A DNA stretch of 62,937 nucleotides, the filler included, from Octopus bimaculoides (taxonomy: Eukaryota): the NCBI RefSeq assembly GCF_001194135.2. It is 5 parts of 5 records of this genome, joined end to end, with 100 filler letters (N's around TTAATTAATTAA, not from the genome) between each part and the next. Parts side by side here need not be neighbours in the genome. Positions count along the whole stretch, not along the records: positions 1 to 9,437 come from NC_068986.1; positions 9,538 to 30,901 come from NC_068988.1; 3 more parts are not named here. One strand, written 5' to 3'. Positions within the stretch are counted from its first letter, which is position 1. Every line of letters starts with the position of its first letter. A program made the position numbers and the translations under genes. Of this stretch, positions 1 to 10,536 are shown one piece after another. The notes below the pieces were generated by a model. It made no database searches and was not told where the DNA came from. It saw nothing but the letters and a program-made list of their open reading frames with translations.

Positions 1-60
1 ATATATATATATATATATATATATATATACTTATATTATTTATATTATTATATATATATA
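1..60. repeat. (AT)n microsatellite / AT-rich tract
   Basis: Direct reading of the sequence. Confidence 0.95.
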
Positions 61-136
61 TACAATTGTTAAAGAGGATAACAAGCATTAAGGCATCTCA
101 AGTGGTATGCAACATTATTATTAGAAAGAATTCGAA

Positions 137-192
137 GTCTTACAGCTGTTTCTGGGATATCCCAATGTATAGGATAGTCCGTCATCAGAGAC
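137..192 (-). ncRNA. Minimal type I hammerhead ribozyme motif
   Basis: Minus strand reads gtct-CTGATGA-cggactatcc(tatacattg)ggatatccca-GAAA-cagctg-TA-agac. Core intact, stem I gtct/agac, palindromic stem III ACAGCTGT, GUA cleavage triplet. The stem II closing pair is a C-A mismatch. Confidence 0.75.
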
Positions 193-480
193 AAATAGGG
201 AAAAATAGGGAAAATGAGAATAGTATATATTAATCAGATGACGACATCGAGGAAGGGGATAAAGGAATAAGGAGATGGAGAGGGAGAAGAAAATAGAAGC
301 GTAAAAGTTCATAGTTCAACTTTCCGATGCTCTTGTTTCTACAACATCGGAAAGTTGAACTATGAACTTTTACGCTTCTTTTTTTCTTCTCCCTCTCTAT
401 CTCATTCCTTTACTCCCTTCGTCGATGTCGTCATCTCATTAATATATACCATTTTCATTTTCCCTATTATTTCTTTATTT

Positions 481-536
481 GTCTCCGATGACGGAATATC
501 CCATAATCGGGGATATCCCAGAAACAGCTGTAAGAC
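481..536 (+). ncRNA. Second hammerhead copy with core variant CCGATGA
   Basis: gtct-CCGATGA-cggaatatccc(ataatcg)gggatatccca-GAAA-cagctg-TA-agac. The U4-to-C change probably impairs activity. Confidence 0.65.
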
Positions 537-717
537 ATTGAATTTTTCCAATAATAATATTGTATACGACTTGAGACGCTTACCTTGCCTTAACGTTTGT
601 TGTCCTCTTTAACAATTGTATATCCGCTGCGTCGGAAATCTGCAATAGCTCCATAACTATGTCTCGGGTATATCCTTGGAGCCCTAGCATACCTAATGTT
701 TTCCTAACCCCATACTT

Positions 718-770
<53 letters not shown>

Positions 771-776
<6 letters not shown>

Positions 777-952
777 GTCGTTGCGTACAGACTTCCAGTG
801 GAAGTCAATCACTGTTTCATTGCATTTCTTACGGTGAGAATAGAACGGAATCGGCTATAACTTTGGACAGAGCAAGTATCTTAAGGATATCTTCCGAAGA
901 GTACCAGCTTTTCAATTTTCAACACCCGAGCAACGCTGGGTAGTTTTTCTAG
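771..952 (+). mobile_element. Non-autonomous Helitron-like 3' end
   Basis: GC-rich hairpin cccgagcaacgctggg (925-940), then CTAG (949-952) and T. Same terminal motif as the Helitron end at 16027. Confidence 0.55.
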
Positions 953-1472
953 TACATACATATGTGTGTATGTGTCTAGATGTGTGTGTATGTGTGTGTG
1001 TGTTGTAAACAATGTTGGAAAAGGCTGTACTTCGTGTGAAACAGCCAAGTGCTCAATGCGTACTCGTGTATAGAGGAATTTAGACCCTGAGCTGTGGCAT
1101 CTGTAGAAGCGAACAACAAGATAGCAAACCTGCCGTATGAAAAGACACAACGAAATTTCATATTTTGTTTGGAAGTCACTATTCTCTCCTTTTTTGTTTT
1201 CTAATCAGTGTCGAGCGATTTATGAACTGATATTTTGCAGTTAAACATAAATTACACCATTTTCAACTATTATGGAACAAAGTGACTCTATCATGTACAG
1301 GTCGTACAATATCGATTGACTAACTCTATCCTTATTTTGCCATATGTACTTTGCGAGGGATGTTGATGCTTACTTAGTGACGGTACGTGATGAAAGAAGC
1401 TCATGTATTGCTGAAGCAGGGTCTTTTATGAGCTGTATGGCATTCTTTAATGGGAAAAAATATCACAGCTTC

Positions 1473-1504
<32 letters not shown>

Positions 1505-2289
1505 CAACAACAATAACCCCACCACCAATGACACATTCCTCTACTTTCAGGCCTCGTACCTATAATAAAAGGGATTATTAATCACTGCATTTTGGAGTAT
1601 AGAGTTTGGTGGTCNNNNNNNNNNNNNNNNNNNNNNNNNNNNNNNNNNNNNNNNNNNNNNNNNNNNNNNNNNNNNNNNNNNNNNNNNNNNNNNNNNNNNN
1701 NNNNNNNNNNNNNNNNNNNNNNNNNNNNNNNNNNNNNNNNNNNNNNNNNNNNNNNNNNNNNNNNNNNNNNNNNNNNNNNNNNNNNNNNNNNNNNNNNNNN
1801 NNNNNNNNNNNNNNNNNNNNNNNNNNNNNNNNNNNNNNNNNNNNNNNNNGAGGAGACACAGAAGAACTGGAACAACGAGTCGTGCTTCGTCGTTCGGCTG
1901 TATTCCTGCATCTCATAGAAGCTGGGTTGTCGTGGCACCACACATAAACCACAACACGCCGCGACCAAACATCCCATCACTATCTCCATCGCCACAATCG
2001 AATGTGGGTCTATGAGGAGGGGGTGAGTGGGTTCAGGGACGATGAAACAATTGTATTCAGAGGCTGAGATGTTACAGTAACGTGTCTCAAGGATTAAGTA
2101 TTGTCAGCAGATATATTTAGGGATCGAATCTCAACAAAAGTACCATATCTGGGGCTGCGATATATTGCTTAGAGATTAGTCCCTTCACTGTCGCCTATCA
2201 TTCAAGCATTACGTGTAGAATAGAAGTGTGTGTGTGTGTCTTTAGCCAAACCGATACGAAGTCAGCAAAGATTAGATTTCTAATGGGGA

Positions 2290-2670
2290 ACACTACAACA
2301 GCCACCGCCCTACAACCACCACCGCCACTGCCACCACCACCACCACAATCACCACTATTTATACACACCAGTATCATTCCTAACACTCCCACCAATACGA
2401 TGACCACCACCATCAATAAAATTATCACTACTAAACACCTCCACCTCCACACATCGTTAAACACTACAACCGCCACCACCACCACCACCTATGTCACTGC
2501 AACCAACACCACTATCAATGCAATCACATTGACTACCATCACCACGACCACCACCACTGCAATAAGCACCGCCACCACCACTACTACGACTACTACCACC
2601 ACCACTACCTCCACTATCGCTACTAGTACCAATACCACCATCAGCACAACCACTGGTGCTTCAACAGCTG
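2290..2670. repeat. (ACC/ACT)n low-complexity tract
   Basis: Direct reading; it generates the spurious poly-Thr/Val ORFs. Confidence 0.9.
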
Positions 2671-2746
2671 TTATTTTACCCTGACCTAAATACATATATT
2701 GTTATATATTTACGTTGGATATGTGCAAAGTTATGCACGTGTATGG

Positions 2747-2749
<3 letters not shown>

Positions 2750-2801
<52 letters not shown>

Positions 2802-2929
2802 TATACATATACATGCGTATATATTTGTGTTCGTGTATGTGTATGTTATGTAAGTATGTATGTATATTAGTACGTACATGTGTATATGTGTGCGTGTATG
2901 TGTATGTTATGTATATAAGTACGTACATA

Positions 2930-2967
<38 letters not shown>

Positions 2968-3200
2968 CATGTGTATGTATGCGCTTGTACACTCTTATGT
3001 TATAAAGGAAGCGATTACTCAACATGGAGTAGAGAATACGCACATACATACACACACACACACACGCATACACACGCACATACACACGCACATACACACG
3101 CACATACACACGCACATACACACACCTACACACACATAAATACACATAAATACACATATACACACACAAACATACACACACACATACACACACATATTTA
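2750..3200. repeat. Compound TA/TG/CA microsatellite
   Basis: Direct reading. Confidence 0.9.
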
Positions 3201-3519
3201 GATACTCAACATGTATTGAAAACATGGCCGTGTTTCAGTTTTATGTTTTTTTTTTATCAAACGTTTTATTTATTGTCGTATAAATTCTTTGGGTGTGTTT
3301 GGAACACAAAACTTTCTGAATCCATCATTGCGATTTCTACATCGTCGTGGTCCTTTCTTCAGAATGAAGTAATGTTGGAGCCTGTTTATAACATAATAAG
3401 TGTTGAATTAGAATTTATAGCCGTTAGATTTGTAAGTTACCATTCTTGTGCTTGTTTGCGATTAACATGTGTTGTTTTTGTGTTTATTTAGCATTGTCCT
3501 GTGTAATGGGTTCCTCTCT

Positions 3520-3666
3520 ACATTCTAAGTTCAAATTCCGCCAAGGTCGATATTGCCTTTCATCCTTTCAGGGTCGATAAAGTAAATTACCAGTCAGTTA
3601 CTGATATCGGTGCTGTCCATTAGTCCCCTCCCCACAAAACCGATGGCCTGTAGTTAAATCAGAAAC

Positions 3667-3712
<46 letters not shown>
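3520..3712 (+). mobile_element. 5'-truncated SINE with (ATT)n tail
   Basis: gttcaaattccgccaaggtcga...cctttcatcctttcagggtcgataaag core, shared with copies at 36128, 42806 and 44461. Confidence 0.75.
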
Positions 3713-4400
3713 TGATGAAAACTCTCAGCTTATTTTGCTTGGTACCATTAGAAAGTGCCAGCGGTCCCCAGCCAGCAGACTAAGGTGTCATTTGTTTACT
3801 GGTCATGATTCAAGAACCCTGTGAAGAAATCTTGCACTTCCATGCAATGCTGATCTTTGTAGGTGCTGATACTTCCAAGTGCACCAATTATTACTGGTAT
3901 CACGTCTACTCTCCTCATTGAGCAAATCGTCGTAGTTGTTCAGTTTTTCTTCTTTGATCCTGTTGTCACCGGGACATGCTATGTCGATTATCACACATGT
4001 TCTTTCTTTTTTACTCATCTCAACGATGTTCGGTTTCCGCTGTCTGGTCAGGTAATCGCACTGAATCATTGTATCTCACACGATTTTGCAGTTTTCATTT
4101 TCGATGACTCCTTCTGAGGTTTTCTCATACCATATCTTTGCTGTTTGTAGGCCGTGGTTCCCACAGAGCTCCCAATGGATCATTCTTTCCACATTGTCAT
4201 GGCGTCGTTTGTATTCGCGTTGTGCCAATTTCAGGCATTCGCTAATGATGTGCCATACCGTTTCACCATTCTCACCACACATTCCGTATTTATCGCTCTC
4301 GGTAATGTTGTCTATTCTGCATTTCATACAATTGGTCCTTAACGCTTCTTCCTGAGCTGCGCATATAAGTGCTTCTGTCTCTATCTTCAGGTCACTCCTC
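3713..4400 (-). mobile_element. R4/Dong-like non-LTR retrotransposon, 5'-truncated (zinc knuckle + restriction-like endonuclease + 3' UTR)
   Basis: ORFs 4076-4405 (GETVWHIISECLKLAQREYKRRHD) and 3803-4069 (RKPNIV...IIDIACPGD). The 3' end runs into (TAA)n. Confidence 0.85.
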
Positions 4401-4453
4401 CTCATCCATAACTACCTTGACTCCTCCTCCTCCTCCTCCTCCTCCTCCTCCTC

Positions 4454-5445
4454 ATTATTATTACTTAAGACATCGCATAGAATACAATATCGTGATGTTG
4501 ATTAAAGATATTGTGTCTACAGGGGGTTTGTACTGTCTGTCAAGTCACAGTAAGGACCTCAGACACAAAGTACTTTACGCAATATGCGTGCAGTTCCAAG
4601 TAATGCCGATTTTTACAATACACCTAGATTATAGGGTATTTCTAAAGTTTCCAGATGTTTTTTAGGTTGGGTGGTTGGTATTGGACCCTAGCTGCCACGT
4701 CTTAGCGATCTCAATTCTCAGGTCTCCATATTTATCAACCTTTTCTCTTTCTTTCATGATGATATGTTGATCTCTTGGTACTGCCATGTCGATTATTAGG
4801 GAACTCTTGTTTGTTCCTCCTAAAAGTTACTATATCCGGCCTTCAGTGCTCTGACACCTTGTCTGTTTAGAAGTCAAAGTGCCACGAGGATTTTTGCCTC
4901 CCCCTTTTTCGTCCATTACCTTTTCCGGTGTATGTTGGTACTAAGCACCCGTAACCTCATATCCATACTTACGGCATAGTAGCCAGTGAAGGTTTTGGGC
5001 TACCTTGTCGTGTCTGCGCTTGTACTCTTTCTGTGCCGAAATCATGTTTCTGGCATTACGCTTTGAAGTCAGAATTTTTCTCACTCACTGTAGGTACTCT
5101 CTTTTTGTCTTTTCCTTCATGTCATGGTGTTTGATTTCTACTGCCTCAATTATTCCCAGGTATTTAAAGCTCGATAGAGGTTGAATTGCCTTCATCATTT
5201 CACCACTCGGCAGCCATACACCTTCTGTCCTGGCAAGCCCTCCTCGTCTCATCACTATCGTAGCACATTTTGAGAGTCCAAACTCCATGTTAATATAATT
5301 GAAGAAAATCCGCACAGACTGGACTAGGCTATCCAGTTCTGCCTCAGATTTTGTGAATAGCTTCAGGTCGTCTATGAATAGCAAGTAGTTTATTTTTTCC
5401 CTTATCTCTTCCCAGATCATACCCCAACTTTGTTTTCTATAGTAT
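4454..5445 (-). mobile_element. Second R4/Dong-like element (RT part + RLE + 3' UTR), internally deleted
   Basis: RT motif INYLLFIDDLKLF...FGLSKC...FKYLG (5085-5420). Then AQKEYKRRHDKVAQNLHW, RPDIV...IIDMAVPRD and KSALLGTARILRKVL, ending in a short (TAA)n at 4454-4463. Confidence 0.85.
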
Positions 5446-6590
5446 TTCCCTCAAGCGAATCATTCCCAACACGAATATCAATGGCTACACAGCTGCATAA
5501 TCAAGTACCTGCACGCCTGGAGAAGTACGTTGCGTGGAAACAATTGTAGTGATTAAAACATAAATGTCCAACTGTACTCCTTGTTGACTCCAATTTTTTC
5601 ANNNNNNNNNNNNNNNNNNNNNNNNNNNNNNNNNNNNNNNNNNNNNNNNNNNNNNNNNNNNNNNNNNNNNNNNNNNNNNNNNNNNNNNNNNNNNNNNNNN
5701 NNNNNNNNNNNNNNNNNNNNNNNNNNNNNNNNNNNNNNNNNNNNNNNNNNNNNNNNNNNNNNNNNNNNNNNNNNNNNNNNNNNNNNNNNNNNNNNNNNNN
5801 NNNNNNNNNNNNNNNNNNNNNNNNNNNNNNNNNNNNNNNNNNNNNNNNNNNNNNNNNNNNNNNNNNNNNNNNNNNNNNNNNNNNNNNNNNNNNNNNNNNN
5901 NNNNNNNNNNNNNNNNNNNNNNNNNNNNNNNNNNNNNNNNNNNNNNNNNNNNNNNNNNNNNNNNNNNNNNNNNNNNNNNNNNNNNNNNNNNNNNNNNNNN
6001 NNNNNNNNNNNNNNNNNNNNNNNNNNNNNNNNNNNNNNNNNNNNNNNNNNNNNNNNNNNNNNNNNNNNNNNNNNNNNNNNNNNNNNNNNNNNNNNNNNNN
6101 NNNNNNNNNNNNNNNNNNNNNNNNNNNNNNNNNNNNNNNNNNNNNNNNNNNNNNNNNNNNNNNNNNNNNNNNNNNNNNNNNNNNNNNNNNNNNNNNNNNN
6201 NNNNNNNNNNNNNNNNNNNNNNNNNNNNNNNNNNNNNNNNNNNNNNNNNNNNNNNNNNNNNNNNNNNNNNNNNNNNNNNNNNNNNNNNNNNNNNNNNNNN
6301 NNNNNNNNNNNNNNNNNNNNNNNNNNNNNNNNNNNNNNNNNNNNNNNNNNNNNNNNNNNNNNNNNNNNNNNNNNNNNNNNNNNNNNNNNNNNNNNNNNNN
6401 NNNNNNNNNNNNNNNNNNNNNNNNNNNNNNNNNNNNNNNNNNNNNNNNNNNNNNNNNNNNNNNNNNNNNNNNNNNNNNNNNNNNNNNNNNNNNNNNNNNN
6501 NNNNNNNNNNNNNNNNNNNNNNNNNNNNNNNNNNNNNNNNNNNNNNNNNNNNNNNNNNTATATATATATATATATATATAGGTATGTATA

Positions 6591-6624
<34 letters not shown>

Positions 6625-7191
6625 CATGCATGTATGTATGTATGTAAATATGTATGTATATATTTATATGATATATGTGTATGTATACATGTATATATGT
6701 ATACGTATATGTGTACATATAATCTATCTATCTATCTATATATATATATATACATATATACGATATATGTACTGTGTAAACACACACATGAGTGAGAGTG
6801 TGTGTTTATGGGTTGGTGTACTTTAATGTTTACAAACGGGGACGGTCCCCCATACATAAAGTAGTGAGTAGATTTTTATGACGAATGGCAACTTTTGGAA
6901 TTGTAAACTTCAAATGTAGCGTGAAACACCAATTAACCAAAGCTTCCCGACTTCGAAATTTCACAGCTGCACAATATCTAGCTTTGTGCAAACGGCTGTC
7001 TGGACAGCAACATGAAACATGGAATTCAGCTGTCTGGTCAGCTACATGAAACATCAAATTCAGCGCTTTAGCCCCGAGCTAATCAAAAGTTTCTGGCAAT
7101 GTTTACGGAAAAAATGAACAGAGACGACGTTGAACCTTAATTCAAGTGTTTAAAAGTGGCAATGTATGAATAAAAGTATTTCTCAACATAT

Positions 7192-7560
7192 TGGCGCAGG
7201 TCGTTGTCGTGTGGCAAGAAGTTTGCTTCTCAACCACTTGGATCCGGGTTCAGTCCCACTGCGTGTCATCTTAGGCAACTATCTTCTACTATAGCCTCGG
7301 GCCGACCAAAGCCTTGTCAGTGGGTTTGGTTGGCGAAAACTGAAAGAAGCCTTATGTATGTGTGTGTGTCTTTTCCCCCACCACTGCTTGACAATCTGTG
7401 TTTTTACGTCCCCCGTAACCTAGCGTTTCGGTAAAAGAGACCGATAGAATTAGTACTAGGCTCCAAAATAATATAAGTACTGGAGTCGGTTCATTCGACT
7501 AAAAAATGTCTCCAAGGTGGTGCCCCAGCATGGCCGCAGGCTGAAGCAAGTAAGAAATGA
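7192..7560 (+). mobile_element. tRNA-derived composite SINE
   Basis: Head with ccgggttcagtcccactgcg, then ccgaccaaagccttg...aaactgaaagaagcc, and 3' module ending ccccagcatggccgcag. Related copies at 32940, 50873, 53590, 57130, 60818 and 61836. Confidence 0.8.
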
Positions 7561-8183
7561 AACATCAAAAGTTCCCTACAACGGTTGGGAAAACAGTGAG
7601 AAGGGACGTTGAGTTAAACTTTAATTCAAGCAAATAGAAGTAGCGTGACAACACATAAGCAAGAATATTTGTCAACATATCGATGCAATGGCTGTGATCC
7701 ATTAAAGGGTCTCCGAGGCTGGTCAAAATGAAGATGACTTTCATCTTCAAAACGGATCCTGTGCCAAATACTTGACACAGACTTGGATCTACTAAAGATA
7801 CCCAAGGCGTCGGGTGGTGGGGCTAAACTGGAGATATGTTTGTTTGCTTATGCGGTCAATCTCTGAACCGAGTGCTACTTCATTTCTTCATTTCTTCACA
7901 CCACTGAACTAAAAATGAGTTTCTGAGTAATACAACTATTTAATCCTTCTCGCTGGATTAAGGAATGGGAGAGTTTAGAAAATGACAATATCTTCTCATG
8001 GTTACACACCGAAAACAATGAACGAAAGCATTATTTATACTGCTGGGTCATACTCAACTCTTTGGCTATATACAGATGTGTGTACGTACGTGTGTGTATA
8101 CGTATATTTACTTCGGATATAGATGTAGAAACTTCAAACCAACAGTAAAAAACTAAAAACAAAATATGAAACATATTATAACT

Positions 8184-8224
<41 letters not shown>

Positions 8225-8365
8225 TATAAAAATAACATATTCGCTTTGAACAAATGCCTTCTACTTCAGATTCTTCTACTCAACCTTGTAAACGTAATTT
8301 GATTGATGGCAACTGTTCAACAGTCCGTGTGTATAGACTCATACACAATGCAAATGTGTGTGTGT

Positions 8366-8410
<45 letters not shown>

Positions 8411-8539
8411 NNNNNNNNNNNNNNNNNNNNNNNNNNNNNNNNNNNNNNNNNNNNNNNNNNNNNNNNNNNNNNNNNNNNNNNNNNNNNNNNNNNNNNNNNN
8501 NNNNNNNNNNNNNNNNNNNNNNNNNNNNNNNNNNNNNNN

Positions 8540-8577
<38 letters not shown>

Positions 8578-8620
8578 TGCATTTAAACGCGATTAGGCTT
8601 GATATATATATAAATATACG

Positions 8621-8658
<38 letters not shown>

Positions 8659-8741
8659 GATATATATTTCTGGGTAAGGTTCAGATACATACATGCATGC
8701 ATACATACATACACGCATACACGCACACACACATACATACA

Positions 8742-8772
<31 letters not shown>

Positions 8773-9099
8773 GTACATACGTACGTACATACATACATAC
8801 ACACATACATACGTACATACATACGTACGTACGGACGGACGGATATATTTAATGTATGTGTGTATGTATGAATGGCTGGCTATACAGATAAATTTTTATC
8901 AACCGCAAACTTAACAAAATAAAGCTCTTTATAAAGTTAATTCGTTTTCATATATTGTCCGGAAGATGTTTTCAGAGTGCATTTATTTTTATTATTATGG
9001 GTTGTGCTTCCGCGGCATTTTTTGGTTGCTTTTTTTCTTTCTTCTTTTAGAAAAACGCAATTAGACCAAGTGTAAGAAGAGTGACTGAAAGACAGACGG

Positions 9100-9160
9100 T
9101 TAGACAGACAAACACATCAATAGATAGACAGACAGACAGATAGGTAGATAGGTAAGTAGG

Positions 9161-9215
<55 letters not shown>

Positions 9216-9260
9216 GTAGGTAGGTAGGTAGGTAGATCGATAGATAGATAGATAGATAAA
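9100..9260. repeat. (GACA/GATA/GGTA)n microsatellite
   Basis: Direct reading. Confidence 0.9.
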
Positions 9261-9270
9261 CACATAGATG

Positions 9271-9716
9271 CATTTCTTTTATTAGCCACACAGGGCTCAA
9301 CGAAGATGGGACAAATACAATGTAGAGCTTTTCTATTTTGGAGGGGGAAGGAGAAAAAAAAGGGTGTGTGTCGATCGGGATCGTAGGAAGGAAAAAAGGG
9401 GGGAGTTCGATCAATAGGGATCGTGTATCACACAGTANNNNNNNNNNNNNNNNNNNNNNNNNNNNNNNNNNNNNNNNNNNNTTAATTAATTAANNNNNNN
9501 NNNNNNNNNNNNNNNNNNNNNNNNNNNNNNNNNNNNNTAATACCTAGAAGTTATCCATAATAGTTTCCAACAGGGTAGTCCTCCGGAACAGACTAGCCAG
9601 TTCGTTCTCGTCGGCGCCCAGATTCTCTTTGAGAATGTCGTCGCACTTTCCCGTCACTAATCCTCTATAAATTTCTAAAATGGAACATCTACCGATCCCA
9701 TTGCCCGACAGAGTCT
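9271..9716 (-). mobile_element. L1/Tx1-clade LINE 3' fragment (interrupted by a scaffold linker)
   Basis: 9538-9716 translates IYRGLVTGKCDDILKENLGADENELASLF, homologous to 29525-29765. The 3' end (tttcttttattagccacacagggc) is shared with 31116. Continuity across the gap is assumed. Confidence 0.55.
9482..9493. other. Synthetic scaffold linker TTAATTAATTAA in a 44N-12-44N spacer
   Basis: Identical 100-bp construct at four positions; contains TAA in all six frames. Confidence 0.9.
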
Positions 9717-10050
9717 CTAGACATACACTCGACCACTGCCAAGAAGTACGGCAAATCTGGACTCATCAGAGAATATGACAGTGTCCCAAAATGCTAGTGG
9801 CCTCTCCACCATCTCACTGGCCCAATCTTTTCTCCGCTTGATGCTGGCTAGTCGAAGAAGTGGCTTCCTTCTTGGTGCCCTGCCGTAGTGACCAAGTTTG
9901 TGGAGATACCTGACAGCTGTTCTGGCACTGACATTAACTAATTCTACTATGTCAGAGGCTTTGCGACGAGGATTATCTTCCACACTTCTTTTAGCAATAT
10001 ATTGTAATATTAAATCTCTGAGCGAGAAGTAAACAGTAGCAGCACGGAAT
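9717..10050 (-). pseudogene. Tc1-family transposase fragment (HTH region to first catalytic Asp)
   Basis: VSARTAVRYLHKLGHYGRAPRRKPLL...WDTVIFSDESRF. Confidence 0.85.
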
Positions 10051-10051
10051 C

Positions 10052-10507
10052 GTATATTTGCCATCTAAATGTGGCTGTCCCATAGAGGACGATGCTACTG
10101 TTGTTTTTAGTCCCAGGAGGACATCTCCAGCTGGTTAACAACACACTGTCTGTGTCTGATTAGTATTTGCGAAGGGAAATCATAGTCCCCATCTCTAATC
10201 TTACGTGATACTCAGACCCGGGTTTCTGGGTAGTAACCCGTCATCAGTGTGTGATAATCACAAGCTAGCAATGAGAACTAATTCCAAACGCAAATTACTA
10301 TATGCTTTTTCCAGTGACAAACTGTCGTTGAACTCCCGGATCTGTATATATCACGTAAGACTAGAGATGAGAACGATGATTTCCCTTCGCAAATACTAAT
10401 CAGACACAGACAGTGTGTCATTAGACAGCTGGAGATGTCCTCCTGGTGCTAAAAATACCAGTAGCATCGTCCTCTATGGGACCGCCACATTTAGTTGGCA
10501 AACATAC
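10052..10507. mobile_element. Fold-back element 2 (arms ~10052-10222 and ~10333-10507)
   Basis: gtatatttgccatctaaatgtgg...cttacgtgata mirrors tatcacgtaag...ccacatttagttggcaaacatac. A hammerhead motif lies at the inner edge of the left arm. Confidence 0.8.
10209..10253 (-). ncRNA. Minimal type I hammerhead ribozyme motif
   Basis: Minus strand cacaca-CTGATGA-cggg(ttacta)ccca-GAAA-cccggg-TC-tgagt. Palindromic stem III ACCCGGGT, GUC triplet, stem I partly mismatched. Confidence 0.7.
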
Positions 10508-10536
10508 TTCACAATATGTGTGTGTGTGTGTGTACA

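Larger units (their letters stand above)
63..618. mobile_element. Fold-back element (arms ~63-329 and ~345-618, 15-nt loop), probably inverted Penelope-like pseudo-LTRs
   Basis: caattgttaaagagga (63) mirrors tcctctttaacaattg (ends 618). Inner ends ttcaactttccgatg / catcggaaagttgaa. TA on both flanks. Each arm carries a hammerhead motif. Confidence 0.8.

Noticed and set aside
9764-9771. CTGATGA on the minus strand; other isolated CTGATGA at about 12367, 21508, 29361, 32372 and 49947
   Set aside because: None has a paired stem II followed by GAAA and stem III; the first is simply the Tc1 SDE codons.
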